Positions 8,902 through 19,232 of a stretch of DNA of 64,000 nucleotides are shown here, piece after piece. The number at the start of each line of letters is the position of its first letter. Position 1 is the first letter of the stretch. The stretch spans positions 16,255 to 80,254 of the forward strand of contig JAJYHK010000004.1 of assembly GCA_021784815.1 (NCBI GenBank), read 5' to 3'. Source of the stretch: a bacterium (GTDB lineage: Bacteria; Patescibacteriota; Minisyncoccia; Phycocordibacterales; Phycocordibacteraceae). The notes under the pieces were generated by a model, which was not told the origin of the DNA, searched no databases, and saw only the letters and a list, made by a program, of their open reading frames with translations. The translations under genes and the position numbers were made by a program.

Positions 8902-9848
8902 ATGGTCGTCGGCACGATGGCAACAGAATCAAAGTCGTGTTTGGGGATATTATCGGTCACGATACCGTCGATGCCCAGCTGGGCAAATTCCGCAATCATC
9001 ACCGGATGATTTATCGTCCAGACGTAAAAACTTGGAGCGGATGACGGATTCGTGGTCCGCCACGCATCCAAACGCGCTACTTGTGCGGTCACGATTTTCC
9101 GAAAAATGCTCTTTAAAAAGGGTATCCGCCAGACGGCGCTCCCGGCGGTAATGACATTGAGTCCGAGTTTATTCGCAAGAGCGTCCGGGCGGCATTTCCC
9201 AGGAGAAACAACCGATTGGAGTCGGAGCTCGAGCGTGTAGCCGAGCCGCAGTGCGGAGTTTGTACGCTGTTTCGCTGCCGCGAGAGCTTCTAAAAAGGCT
9301 TTGTCCATGCTCAAGAGGGTAATCCGCTCGTACAACGCCTCCGAGGTGCTCTGTAGCGCAACCGTAACCGCCTCAACCAGCTCAGTGGCGCGATTCGGAT
9401 CGGTGAGTTTAATATCGAGAAATACGTGCTCAAGCTGCGTGGTGCGGCTCATCCAGTCGAAAAACTCGGCAAGCGTCGGTATGGCGCAGGCGACCGCGTG
9501 CTCGGTCGCGTTCCGTCGGGGCATCCGGACAATGCAATGGTAGCCGAAATGCTCCTTGATAGTTTCGAAGTCGAGCCGGCCGACCGGCTTTCGCAGTCGG
9601 GTTCCTGGCAGCGGCACGCGCGGAGCAAAAAGGCCGTCGCCACGCAGACCGCTCTCGCGCCACAGCGCGTAGAGCGCGTTTGGGTGCGCATCATGCCAGA
9701 GGAAGGGCACGCCGTCGCGAGAGAGACACACGTCAATCTCGAGCACTCGGTACCCGAGGAGCTCGACCGCATAGCGACAGGACTCGAGCGTATTCTCGGG
9801 CAGCACGTACGGTGCGCCACGGTGCGCAATGAGCAGCGGTACAGACAT
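8898..9848 (-). CDS. Glycerophosphodiester phosphodiesterase family protein
   Basis: IAHRGA, PENT, EIDV...DG...HD, IPTL, WTIN, GIDGIVTD. Confidence 0.85.
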   Translation of the reverse strand: MSVPLLIAHRGAPYVLPENTLESCRYAVELLGYRVLEIDVCLSRDGVPFLWHDAHPNALYALWRESGLRGDGLFAPRVPLPGTRLRKPVGRLDFETIKEHFGYHCIVRMPRRNATEHAVACAIPTLAEFFDWMSRTTQLEHVFLDIKLTDPNRATELVEAVTVALQSTSEALYERITLLSMDKAFLEALAAAKQRTNSALRLGYTLELRLQSVVSPGKCRPDALANKLGLNVITAGSAVWRIPFLKSIFRKIVTAQVARLDAWRTTNPSSAPSFYVWTINHPVMIAEFAQLGIDGIVTDNIPKHDFDSVAIVPTTI

Positions 9849-9990
9849 ACTGTGGATTGTACAAGATGCCACGCTGGAGAGAGTGCCAGTTTTGCAACGC
9901 TACTCATCCCATCTCCTCCGAAGCCGATGAAATGCATCTTCATTCCAAGTGGTTCTTCTGATCAGCGTGCTACAATCTAGCCCATGTGAT

Positions 9991-10470
9991 ATGGGCCGAG
10001 CATTGCTCATTGCTGCGATTGCGATTGGTGCCGGTTTCCTCGCACTGTGGCTTACGATCAGCCCGCTTAGAACCGGTGCGGTTGCTGGCCAAGGATACGT
10101 TTCTGCGAACTTCGGCGGCGTTCCTTTGCGGATACAGCTCGCGCTCACCGAAGTCCAGCGTGAAAAGGGACTCGGTGGCCGCACCAGCGTTCCTAAGAAC
10201 TCCGGGATGCTGTTCGTCTTTCCGCAAGACGGGGAGTACGGATTCTGGATGAAAGATACCCTCGTGCCGCTCGATATATTCTGGCTCAACGATGCTGGAA
10301 AGGTGGTGTATATGGTGGAGAATGTTGCGACCTCGACGTATCCCGGCGCGTTTTATCCGAGCGTCCCGGCGCGGTATGTCCTTGAGACGGCTGCAGGTTT
10401 CGGTCAGCAACACGGCATTGCCACGGGGACCGCACTTTTGCTGAAGAAATTCCCGACCACCGCTCGCTAG
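9991..10470 (+). CDS. DUF192 domain protein
   Basis: GLGGR...GMLFVF...FWMKDTLVPLDIFW...YVLE. Confidence 0.9.
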   Translation: MGRALLIAAIAIGAGFLALWLTISPLRTGAVAGQGYVSANFGGVPLRIQLALTEVQREKGLGGRTSVPKNSGMLFVFPQDGEYGFWMKDTLVPLDIFWLNDAGKVVYMVENVATSTYPGAFYPSVPARYVLETAAGFGQQHGIATGTALLLKKFPTTAR

Positions 10471-10495
10471 AACATATTCTCAATACGTTCTCAAT

Positions 10496-10529
10496 ATGGA
10501 ACGCCCGCGCGTGAGCACGGGCGTTCCAT
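10496..10529. terminator. Hairpin between the convergent DUF192 gene and rnpB
   Basis: ATGGAACGCCCG/CGGGCGTTCCAT 12-bp stem. Confidence 0.6.
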
Positions 10530-10534
10530 GGATG

Positions 10535-10908
10535 TGGATCGAGCCGGTAAGCCGAATTCTGTCTTTTCCGCTACCGTAGTAGTGGACGAGGCGACCATGT
10601 ATCTGGGACGCTGATTGCTCAGCACCTCACGCGGCGCTCCACTATGCGCAGGTGCGCTGTGTGGCTCGGCCTTGCACGACGGTAAGGATTTAGCCGTTTC
10701 ACCCTTCGATTTCGCTTGCGCGTATGCGAAGGCTCTTCCGTTGCCGGAAGCCAGCATGCTTTCGCGTGCCGGCGTCTCTGCTCGCACCTCGCGCCTCGCG
10801 GCGTGCGGGCGTTACCCGCTACCGTACTGTCGGCATCGAAATGATGCCGCTCGTGTTCGGACTTTCCTCTGCGCGGCGTCTCCGCACAGCGGCCGCCTGG
10901 CTCGGTCC
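10535..10908 (-). ncRNA. rnpB: RNase P RNA
   Basis: Minus strand has GAGGAAAGTCCG near the 5' end and ACAGAATTCGGCTTA near the 3' end; terminal P1 pairing GGACCGAGCC/GGCTCGATCC; ~375 nt. Confidence 0.92.
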
Positions 10909-11024
10909 GTATAGATTATAACACAGAACGACATTTTCTCCATAAACTGTGGACGACGCGCGTACTCGCAAGTGCGAGAGGTATACTGATAGCTATTAGT
11001 ACGTAGTAATTCAAGGTAATTCCC

Positions 11025-13403
11025 ATGCCCCCGCACGTTTTTGCCGCACCGAGACGGCGCTCTTTGGACACCGTTGCTGTTTGGTCCCTCGTTTTGACTC
11101 TTTTAGTCGCGCTCATCGTCGCGACGCCGTTCGTCTCCCTCCCGCCTGCGCTCGTGAAGGGGTTTGTGCTCGGCGCCGGCGCCATTATCACGCTCGCACT
11201 CTTTATCTTTGCTCGTCTTTCGCGCGGCAATGTCATTTTTCCGCCCTATGTGCTCGTCCTCGCGCTCTGGCTCCCGGCGCTCGCCTATGGCTTCTCAGCG
11301 CTTTTCTCTGGGACGACGTTTTCTGCGGCGCTTTGGGGTACGAGTTTTGAGCCTGATACTCTTGGATTCATACTCGTCGTTACTTTCCTTGGGATGCTCG
11401 CGGCACTTCTCGTTCGCCGGGTTGAGCATTTCCGATCGTTCTTCACGGCGGCCTTCTGGGCATTTGCGGCAGTCGTTGCGATCCAGACGCTCGTGCTCCT
11501 GGTGGGGCAAGTAGCACCGGCGACGGTCTCGCCGAACTTCTCGATCGTGGGCTCATACAATAGTCTCGCGATGTTCCTCGGACTTGGCCTCGTGAGCTTG
11601 CTCCTCGCGACGCGTTTCCTCGACCTCTCCCGGCGTGCGCGCCTCGCGAGCACGGTTACCGGGGTGTTTACGCTCTTCCTGCTTGCAGTCGCCAACCTTC
11701 CGCTCGCCTGGACGCTCGTCGCACTCGTCGCGCTCGGTCTCTTTGTAGAGTCGGTCATGCGCCGGAACGGGAGTACCGGGGACGCGGATCTCGATGATGT
11801 CGCGGTGGTCGCGGAGTCGATGTCCGAATCGACGGGTGGCAGCCGCTCGCTCGTCGTACCGCTCGTCGTGCTTGCGGTGTCGCTCTTTTTCCTCATCGGC
11901 GGCAACCTTGGCAGCGCGCTTGCGAGCGCGCTGCATGCGAGCGAGCTCAACGTCCGCCCCTCCTGGCAATCGACACTCGCGGTGACGCGCCATGTATACT
12001 CGGATGCGCCGCTCTTTGGTACGGGTCCGGACACGTTCGGCAACGAGTGGCTTAAGTACCGCGATGCCGCGCTCAATCAGACGGTCTTCTGGAATCTCGA
12101 TTTCTCTTCGGGCGTCGGATTCATTCCGACCTCGTTTGCGACGACAGGCCTCGTCGGTGCTGCAGCGTGGCTCCTCTTTGCCGGGCTCCTCCTCGTACTC
12201 GGGCTGCGTATGCTCTTGCGCCGCGCGCCGCGTGATCCGTACTTGCGCTTCGCGTCAGTCGTCTCGTTTGTCGGTGCGACGTATCTCTTCGTCTCGGCGG
12301 TTTTCGATCAACCAGGCGCGGTCATGCTCGCGCTCCTCTTCGTGTTCGTGGGGCTCTTTGCGTCGCTCATGCGCCATGCTGAACAGTCGCACCAGTGGGG
12401 CATCGTCTTCTCGCGCGCTCCGCGCATCGGGTTTGTCGTCGTGTTCACGCTCACGCTCCTGCTTCTCTCGTCGGTAGCGGCCGCTTATGCACTTGTGGAG
12501 CGTTCGGTTGCCACCTCTGAACTTGCACGCGGCCTCTCGGCGCTCAATAATGGCAACATTGCCGTCGCGCAGTCGGCCGCCCAGTCCTCGATCTCGTTCG
12601 CTCCGATGCCGGAAACGTATCTTCTTGAGGCGGAAGCGGCGAACGCCCAGCTCGGGGAGATAACCTCCTCTACCACGATGCCCGCCGCAACCGCGCAGCA
12701 GGCATTCCAGGCAACCCTTTCAAACGGCATTAACGCGGCGCTTACGGCAACACAGCTTGCACCGAACGATTACCGCGGATGGGTAGCGCTTGGCAACCTG
12801 TATGCTGCAGCCGTGCCGTTTAAGGTGTCGGGCGCCTATGCAAGCGCAAAAACCGCCTACGCAAAGGCCGAGACGCTCGATCCGACGAACGCGCAGATTC
12901 CATTTGCCGTCGCGCAGCTCGATATCGCAAACAAAGACCTCGCGGCAGCCCAGGCCGATCTCCAGAAGGCGATCGCGCTCAAGCAGAATTATACGTCGGC
13001 TATCTTCCTGCTCTCGCAACTTGAAGTGCAGACCGGTAATGTAAAGGACGCGCTCGCGGCGGCTGAGGCGGCAAACTACTTCACGCCGAATAACCCGAGT
13101 ATTCTCTTCCAAATCGGCATTTTGAGCGCCGCGCAAAATGACCTCTCGACAGCCGACCAAGCGCTCGCCGCGGCAGTGTCGGTGAACCCGAAATTCGCCA
13201 ATGCCCGCTACTTCCTCGCCGCGATTCTTGCTAAGGAGGGTAATTACAGCGCCGCGCTCGCTCAGCTTCAGGCAGTTGCCGCGCTCTCGTCATCCAACCA
13301 GCAGACCGTCGCGCCGCTCATGACGGCGCTCCAGAGCAACAAGAACCCCTTCCCGGCAAACCTTCTCTCGGCCTCGTCGACCCCGGTCAAACCCGGAGCA
13401 TAG
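11025..13403 (+). CDS. Multi-pass membrane protein with O-antigen-ligase-like loop and C-terminal TPRs
   Basis: About 12 TM segments, PLFGTGPDTF motif, TPR-like repeats. Confidence 0.7.
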   Translation: MPPHVFAAPRRRSLDTVAVWSLVLTLLVALIVATPFVSLPPALVKGFVLGAGAIITLALFIFARLSRGNVIFPPYVLVLALWLPALAYGFSALFSGTTFSAALWGTSFEPDTLGFILVVTFLGMLAALLVRRVEHFRSFFTAAFWAFAAVVAIQTLVLLVGQVAPATVSPNFSIVGSYNSLAMFLGLGLVSLLLATRFLDLSRRARLASTVTGVFTLFLLAVANLPLAWTLVALVALGLFVESVMRRNGSTGDADLDDVAVVAESMSESTGGSRSLVVPLVVLAVSLFFLIGGNLGSALASALHASELNVRPSWQSTLAVTRHVYSDAPLFGTGPDTFGNEWLKYRDAALNQTVFWNLDFSSGVGFIPTSFATTGLVGAAAWLLFAGLLLVLGLRMLLRRAPRDPYLRFASVVSFVGATYLFVSAVFDQPGAVMLALLFVFVGLFASLMRHAEQSHQWGIVFSRAPRIGFVVVFTLTLLLLSSVAAAYALVERSVATSELARGLSALNNGNIAVAQSAAQSSISFAPMPETYLLEAEAANAQLGEITSSTTMPAATAQQAFQATLSNGINAALTATQLAPNDYRGWVALGNLYAAAVPFKVSGAYASAKTAYAKAETLDPTNAQIPFAVAQLDIANKDLAAAQADLQKAIALKQNYTSAIFLLSQLEVQTGNVKDALAAAEAANYFTPNNPSILFQIGILSAAQNDLSTADQALAAAVSVNPKFANARYFLAAILAKEGNYSAALAQLQAVAALSSSNQQTVAPLMTALQSNKNPFPANLLSASSTPVKPGA

Positions 13404-13441
13404 CCTTCGGAGAGCAGGGTACTCGTAGTACGATAGAGTAG

Positions 13442-15121
13442 ATGGTCGGACAGCTTTTGCGGCGCATCACAGCGCCGGTGCGGGGGGTGCATCAAGCAGC
13501 ATACTTGCTCGCCGCACTTACGCTTGCGTCACAGCTCCTCGCGCTCCTGCGCGACCGGACATTCGCCCACGTGTTCGGCGCGGGGCATACACTCGATCTC
13601 TACTACGCCGCTTTCAAGGTGCCTGACCTGGTATTTGCTCTGGTTTCTTCGCTTGTCAGCGCGTACATCCTCATTCCGCGGATCACGTCTGCTTCGCGGG
13701 AAGAAACAGGAGCGCTGCTTTCGCAATCGCTCTCGTTTCTCGTCATCGGGGGAGGACTTATCTGTCTCGTACTGGCAATATTTGCACCGACGCTGCTGTT
13801 TGCCATTTACCCAGAGTTCGCACACGCGCCGCATCGTGCCGGGTTCGTATTGCTTGCGCGCATCCTGCTCGTCCAGCCGCTCCTTCTCGGTGCCTCAGGC
13901 GTACTCGGGAGCGTTACCCAGGTTGAGCGGCAGTTCTTCCTCTTTGCCCTCGCACCGGTGCTCTATAACCTCGGCATCATCTTCGGGACCGTGGCGCTCT
14001 ATCCGCGCTATGGGTTGCCCGGTATCGGCTACGGTGTGGCCGGAGGAGCGGTACTCTACCTTGCGACGAACATTCCGGCGGTCATGCGAGCGCGCCTCAA
14101 GCTTCGGCCCGCATGGCCGAAGCTTGCTGCGATGCTACCGATCGTGAAGGACTCGGTGCCGCGTTCGCTCGCACTCGGCATGGATTCTTTCACGCTCCTC
14201 TTTCTTACCGCGCTTGCGGCAAAGCTCTCAAGCGGCAGCGTCTCTGTTTTCACGCTTGCGGGTAACCTCGAAAACGTACCGCTCTCGCTCATTGGCGGGT
14301 CCTATGCTGTCGCGGCGTTTCCGTCTCTCAGCAAGCATGCGTTTTCCGATCGCGAAGAGTTCGGGCGCGTCCTTTCGAGTAGCGCTCGGCACATCATTCT
14401 TTGGTCGATGGTGCTTCTCGGACTTGTCATTGTACTGCGCGCGTACCTCGTGCGGGTGATTCTCGGCTCAGGAGCATTCGGATGGAGCGCGACGCGGCTT
14501 ACGGCCGCGCTTCTGGCGCTCTTTGTGGCCGGGTTAGCCGCCCAAGGGCTCGTGCTTCTTTTTTCCCGTGCGCTCTATGCCATGAAGCAGTCTTGGCGTC
14601 CGTTTCTCTATCAGCTCGGTGCGGCGCTCTTTACGGCGGCGATCGCGCTCTTTTTCCTCACGCCGCTCTCACGCGCAACCTTTGCACCCTGGCTCGCGCA
14701 CGTGCTCAAGGTTGGCGACACCACAGGAGCTCTTGTTCTTATGCTTGCATTCGCGGCAACCTTGGGCGAGATATTCCTCGCCTCCTGGGCGACTTTTGCC
14801 CTTCGGAAGGCCGTCCCCGGTCTCGCAACGAGCCTCATTCGGCCGCTCGTGCAGGGAACGCTTGCGGCCGTGACCGCGGGCGCCGCGGCGTACGGCGTTC
14901 TCGCGCTTCTTGGCGGAGTAGCGCCGCTCGACACGGTTCGGACGGTCTTCATGAACGGGCTTATCGGGGGCGTGGTCGGGCTCATGGTTGCCGCGCTTGT
15001 GCTCTGGCTCGTGCACAATGCGGAATTCTTCGACATTGTCGCGGCGATACGACGGCTCGCGACGCGGCGTATGCGAACCGATATGCTCGCCCCTTCAGGC
15101 GAGGAGCCGGTGCAGTTTTGA
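13442..15121 (+). CDS. murJ: Lipid II flippase MurJ
   Basis: LLALLRDRTFAHVFGAG..LDLYYAAFKVPD; APVLYNLGII. Confidence 0.85.
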   Translation: MVGQLLRRITAPVRGVHQAAYLLAALTLASQLLALLRDRTFAHVFGAGHTLDLYYAAFKVPDLVFALVSSLVSAYILIPRITSASREETGALLSQSLSFLVIGGGLICLVLAIFAPTLLFAIYPEFAHAPHRAGFVLLARILLVQPLLLGASGVLGSVTQVERQFFLFALAPVLYNLGIIFGTVALYPRYGLPGIGYGVAGGAVLYLATNIPAVMRARLKLRPAWPKLAAMLPIVKDSVPRSLALGMDSFTLLFLTALAAKLSSGSVSVFTLAGNLENVPLSLIGGSYAVAAFPSLSKHAFSDREEFGRVLSSSARHIILWSMVLLGLVIVLRAYLVRVILGSGAFGWSATRLTAALLALFVAGLAAQGLVLLFSRALYAMKQSWRPFLYQLGAALFTAAIALFFLTPLSRATFAPWLAHVLKVGDTTGALVLMLAFAATLGEIFLASWATFALRKAVPGLATSLIRPLVQGTLAAVTAGAAAYGVLALLGGVAPLDTVRTVFMNGLIGGVVGLMVAALVLWLVHNAEFFDIVAAIRRLATRRMRTDMLAPSGEEPVQF

Positions 15122-15159
15122 GAGCCGACAAACGGTACGTCTCGTGGTAGAGTCGGAGC

Positions 15160-16980
15160 GTGCAAATACGTAACTTTTCAATCATTGCCCATATTGATCA
15201 CGGCAAGTCCACGCTTGCCGATCGCATGCTTGAGCGTACGGGCACGATCGAAGCGCGCAAGATGCGCGACCAGGTGCTCGACCGCATGGATCTCGAGCGG
15301 GAGCGGGGCATCACTATCAAGATGCAGCCGGTGCGCATGGCATACCGCGCGAGAGACGGCGTCGAGTATATACTCAACCTCATCGACACGCCCGGGCACA
15401 TCGATTTCTCGTACGAGGTGTCGCGGGCGCTCAAGGCGGTCGAGGGCGTCTTACTGTTGGTCGATTCGACTCAGGGGGTGCAGGCGCAGACGCTGACAAC
15501 ACTCTCGATGGCACGCGCGCAGCAGTGCACGATCATCCCCGTGGTGTCGAAAATCGATGCGCCTGCCGCGCGGCCGGACGAGGTGGCACAAGAGCTTGCG
15601 ACCCTGCTTGGCGTATCTGCCAGCACGGTGTTGCGCGTCTCGGGTAAGACCGGTGCGGGGGTCGACGAACTTCTCGAAGCCATCGTCGAGCGCATTTCGC
15701 CGCCCGCGGGCAGTACGACAGTCAAGGGCGCTGTCGCGCACACGAGTGCCGGCGACGAACCACGCGGGCTCATTTTCGACTTTTCCTACTCGACCCATCG
15801 CGGCGTCACGGTCTTCCTTCGCGTGTTCGACGGGCGCTTCACCAAAGGACAACCGCTTCATTTCCATGCGGCAGGGAAGGCGTTTGCGGCTCTCGAGACG
15901 GGTATTTTCGCGCCGGATGAGCAGCCGGTCGACGCACTCTCGGCGGGTGAGATCGGCTACGTCGTTACGGGCATTAAGGAGGCAGGAGTCGCCGCCGTGG
16001 GCGATACACTCGGGCTCAAGGGCGGTGCACTCCCGGCTTTACCGGGATTTGAACGCCCACGTCCAGTCGTATGGGCGAGCGTGTATCCGGAGAGCCAGGA
16101 TGACCTCCCGCGGCTGCGCCAGGCGCTTGAACGACTCCAGCTCTCCGACTCGTCGCTCTCATTCGAAGAAGAGTCTTCAGGCGTACTCGGCAGAGGATTC
16201 CGCTGCGGCTTTCTGGGGCTTCTCCATCTTGAGATTGTGACGGAGCGGCTTAAGCGCGAATTTAGCCTTGCGCTCGTCATTACCATGCCTACTATCTCGT
16301 ATACCGTAACAATCAAGGACGGCAAGCGAGAAACAATCTACACGCCAGCAAAGTTCCCCGAGCATGGCGACATCATACAAATCGACGAACCGTGGGCTGC
16401 AGTGACCGTCATCGCGCCGGCAGAAACGCTTGGAGCGATCATGCAGCTCTTTTATGATCACGAGGCACAGACCAACAAAACGGAAACCTATGCCGACGGC
16501 CGTATTGAGCTCACTGCAGAGATGCCGCTGCGCGAGCTTATGCGCGGGTTTTTCGACAAACTCAAGAACGTCTCAAGCGGGTACGCGAGTCTCTCCTACG
16601 AGCTCTTGCCCGAACGGCCAGCGGATGTTGTGCGGCTCGACGTGCTGGTCGCAGAGGAGGCGGTGCCGGCGTTCGCGCGCGTTGTGGCGCGGCGGCGCGC
16701 GCAAGAGGAGGCAGACAGAATCGTCGAACGGCTCGAGCGCGTGCTGCCTCGGCAGCTCTTTGTGACGAAGATTCAGGCGCGCGCCTTGGGCCGCATCATC
16801 GCATCCCGTTCGCTTTCGGCCATGCGGAAAGACGTGACCGGGTATCTCTACGGCGGTGACGTCTCGCGCAAGAAGAAACTGCTCGAAAAGCAGAAGAAAG
16901 GCAAAAAGAAGCTGCAGGCGCGCGCCAAGGTAGAGATTCCGGAGGACGTGTTCATGAAAATGGTCCGCGAGTCGGATTAG
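15160..16980 (+). CDS. lepA: Elongation factor 4 (LepA)
   Basis: IRNFSIIAHIDHGKSTLADR; GFRCGFLGLLHLEI; YGGDVSRKKKLLEKQK. Confidence 0.97.
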   Translation: MQIRNFSIIAHIDHGKSTLADRMLERTGTIEARKMRDQVLDRMDLERERGITIKMQPVRMAYRARDGVEYILNLIDTPGHIDFSYEVSRALKAVEGVLLLVDSTQGVQAQTLTTLSMARAQQCTIIPVVSKIDAPAARPDEVAQELATLLGVSASTVLRVSGKTGAGVDELLEAIVERISPPAGSTTVKGAVAHTSAGDEPRGLIFDFSYSTHRGVTVFLRVFDGRFTKGQPLHFHAAGKAFAALETGIFAPDEQPVDALSAGEIGYVVTGIKEAGVAAVGDTLGLKGGALPALPGFERPRPVVWASVYPESQDDLPRLRQALERLQLSDSSLSFEEESSGVLGRGFRCGFLGLLHLEIVTERLKREFSLALVITMPTISYTVTIKDGKRETIYTPAKFPEHGDIIQIDEPWAAVTVIAPAETLGAIMQLFYDHEAQTNKTETYADGRIELTAEMPLRELMRGFFDKLKNVSSGYASLSYELLPERPADVVRLDVLVAEEAVPAFARVVARRRAQEEADRIVERLERVLPRQLFVTKIQARALGRIIASRSLSAMRKDVTGYLYGGDVSRKKKLLEKQKKGKKKLQARAKVEIPEDVFMKMVRESD

Positions 16981-16988
16981 GGTCATTC

Positions 16989-17067
16989 GCCGCGGGTGTA
17001 GTCTATTTCGGCGGCGCCCCGGGCCGCTAGGCCAAGTCTAACCACCGAAATAACCCACACTCGCGGC
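16989..17067 (-). ncRNA. 79-nt structured element, copy A (unknown family)
   Basis: Long hairpin; G-U wobbles favour the minus strand; core 34/43 identical to 22434-22512. Confidence 0.55.
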
Positions 17068-17184
17068 TCCTCAGCAGGATTAGGTTTACTCGCTGCGCTC
17101 CGGAATTACGCGGTGGAGTATACAGTCCCCCTTTGATCAGGATGATAGCCCACGCCTTCAGGCGATCATTTCAATAATGACGAG

Positions 17185-17628
17185 GTGGGTACCGAATACC
17201 GCAAAGCCTCCCATACCGTCTTCCGCCTGGAGGTGCACGTGGTCTGGGCCACCAAGTACCGGTACAAGGTACTGAAAGGCCCTATCGCTGAACGCGCCCG
17301 AGAACTCATCCGGCGCATCACCCTGGAAGAACGTGCGGAAATCCTCTCGGGTACCTTAAGCCCAGACCACGTGCACCTCCTGCTCTCCCTCGACCCCGCA
17401 ACCAGCATCAGCCACCTCGTCAAGCCCCTCAAGGGCAAGACGAGCAGACGGCTCCAGATGGAGTTCCCGGAACTCCGCAAACGATACTGGGGCCAGCACC
17501 TATGGGCACGCGGGTACTTTGCCGTCTCGGTGGGCAATGTGTCCAAAGACATGGTGACGGAGTACCTCAAACATCACTTCGAGGGCAAAGAGGGTACCGA
17601 TACCTTCAAAATCGACGAGGGGCACTAA
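17185..17628 (+). mobile_element. tnpA: IS200/IS605-family Y1 transposase TnpA
   Basis: HVVWATKYR, PDHVHLL (HUH), KGKTSR, LWARGYF, EY; CGCCTTCAGGCG end-like hairpin upstream. Confidence 0.93.
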
Positions 17629-17693
17629 GTACTTCAGTACGCCCCTGGCTTTTGATTCTGTGCGCTTCAGCGCACATGTGGTTTAATTTCTCT

Positions 17694-18032
17694 ATGCGCA
17701 CCAAACAGTGGCGACAGGGGTTCGCGATCGGCGTACTCGTGCTCGCGGCGCTCTGGCTCGGGTCGCTCATTTGGGGGCTTATTGGCAAGGCAGAAATAGC
17801 CATCGCACAGGCACATGACGCAAAACGCCAATACCGCCAGCTCGAGCACCGCAAGGAGGTGCTCCAGCAGCAGATCGATGCGCTCCAAACGCCGCTCGGT
17901 CGTGATGCGGCGATCCGCACGGCATTCGGCGTTGCGAAGCCCGGAGAAGAGGTTATTGTCGTCGTACCGCCCGCTTCGACCACAGCTTCGACCACGAAAC
18001 CGTGGTGGCGTCGCGTGCTACAGTGGTTCTAA
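17694..18032 (+). CDS. Septum formation initiator (FtsB/DivIC-like)
   Basis: TM helix, coiled coil, IRTAFGVAKPGEEVIVV. Confidence 0.75.
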   Translation: MRTKQWRQGFAIGVLVLAALWLGSLIWGLIGKAEIAIAQAHDAKRQYRQLEHRKEVLQQQIDALQTPLGRDAAIRTAFGVAKPGEEVIVVVPPASTTASTTKPWWRRVLQWF

Positions 18033-18040
18033 GGAAGCCC

Positions 18041-18111
18041 GCGGATATAGTTTAGTGGCAGAATAGATGCTTCCCAAGCATCGGGCGGGAGTTCGATTCT
18101 CCCTATCCGCA
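18041..18111 (+). tRNA. tRNA-Gly(CCC)
   Basis: Cloverleaf; GATGC-TT-CCC-AA-GCATC; GTTCGATT. Confidence 0.95.
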
Positions 18112-18180
18112 CAGCGGTCAGCACGCAGTTTTTAGACTCCGAGGCCTCGATTTTGGTCCGCAACTCCGAGGGTCATTCCC

Positions 18181-18214
18181 GCACAAAAGCGCGATTTTGG
18201 TCGCGTTTTTGTGC
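18181..18214. terminator. Hairpin/terminator
   Basis: GCACAAAAGCGCGA/TCGCGTTTTTGTGC. Confidence 0.55.
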
Positions 18215-18372
18215 TAATCGGCGAGTGTGACCACTCGATCGTTCAGGATGAGCCGGTCGCGCAGGTGTTCCAGCAACTCGCGCTTCTCTTCTCTGGAGCC
18301 GTTCTTGAGCAGATACTTGGCGTATTTGCGTATGTCCATCTCCTTCGCCTTGATCGTATCGGTGGTCGAAGA
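18214..18372 (-). pseudogene. C-terminal stub of a putative recombinase
   Basis: [42 protein letters not shown], homologous to 36100-36309. Confidence 0.6.
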
Positions 18373-18886
18373 TTACTGTTCCGCCAAGCAACGAGCCCTT
18401 TATTGGTCCAGCTAAAATGGAAGGCTCTACAGGACGGGAAACACGAGGAATGAAGCTCTCATTGGTAAGTGTAAAAGCTTAAATCTAGTTCGCTACTCCT
18501 AGGCCTATTTAGAGTGGCGGCTTGTTGCCCTTACTTAGTAGAATACGTTGTGAATACTTACTCAAATCAAAGAAGAGACAAGATGTGCTTTATGGATAGA
18601 TGTGTCTCATTTACCTTATCCCGGAACCTATGCCGAGGCCTCGTCTCAATTTGGGGCTATCGGCTTAAACGGCCTCGCACTGCCTCATTCCACACAGCCC
18701 AGAACAGTTACGGGGCACCAAGCAAGAAGAAATCGAGCCCGTTATTTTAACTTATCCAGGGTCAATGCTAAGAAACTTCTTACATACGCCTTATTTTAGG
18801 CGAAAGAACCAGGTCGATTTGGCGTAATACTTGATGACGGCGCCGATTGTCTGATTTGCAGCCCGTCCGTAATTTCATCTTTTAGT

Positions 18887-19168
18887 ATGGCATCAATCAC
18901 TAATCATTCCTCAGGCGCTCGCGGCATCATTGTCGGCGGCACGATCGTCGCCATGTCGATCGGGCTGATTTTTTTAGTGCCTAAAAGCCCTGTTGGACGG
19001 CCTAAAAAGGCCCCTATAGCGATTCGCACCAACCCAACGACCATTGTCTCGCGCGGCGGGCAAGCCGTATCCCAGAACGCAGTCACGGTCGGTTCGGAAA
19101 CCATCGTTTCTGGAGTCCGCGATGCGCAGGGAGGGGTAACGGCTGATAAAATCATCGTACGTTCTTAG
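18887..19168 (+). CDS. Hypothetical protein with TM segment and DUF5666-like tail
   Basis: VTVGSETIVSG...GGVTADKIIV; may be internally deleted. Confidence 0.4.
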   Translation: MASITNHSSGARGIIVGGTIVAMSIGLIFLVPKSPVGRPKKAPIAIRTNPTTIVSRGGQAVSQNAVTVGSETIVSGVRDAQGGVTADKIIVRS

Positions 19169-19180
19169 GGGAAGCGGACT

Positions 19181-19189
19181 TGTGGATAA
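19181..19189 (-). promoter_or_regulatory. Perfect DnaA box
   Basis: TTATCCACA on the minus strand, upstream of the glutaredoxin gene. Confidence 0.4.
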
Positions 19190-19232
19190 CCTGCAGTGGT
19201 ATACTGGCCCGTACAGTAACCATCAACGAATC

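Noticed and set aside
10491-10921. Short ORFs in both directions
   Set aside because: They overlap the RNase P RNA gene and are spurious.
16989-17067. Hairpin as SRP (4.5S) RNA or integron attC
   Set aside because: It lacks the CAGG/AGCA loop with GNRA tetraloop, has no terminal RYYYAAC/GTTRRRY boxes, and there is no integron integrase in the window.
18400-18880. AT-rich stretch with short ORFs after tRNA-Gly
   Set aside because: No recognisable protein or repeat; probably decayed island DNA.
19181-19189. Replication origin
   Set aside because: A single DnaA box with no cluster and no adjacent dnaA.
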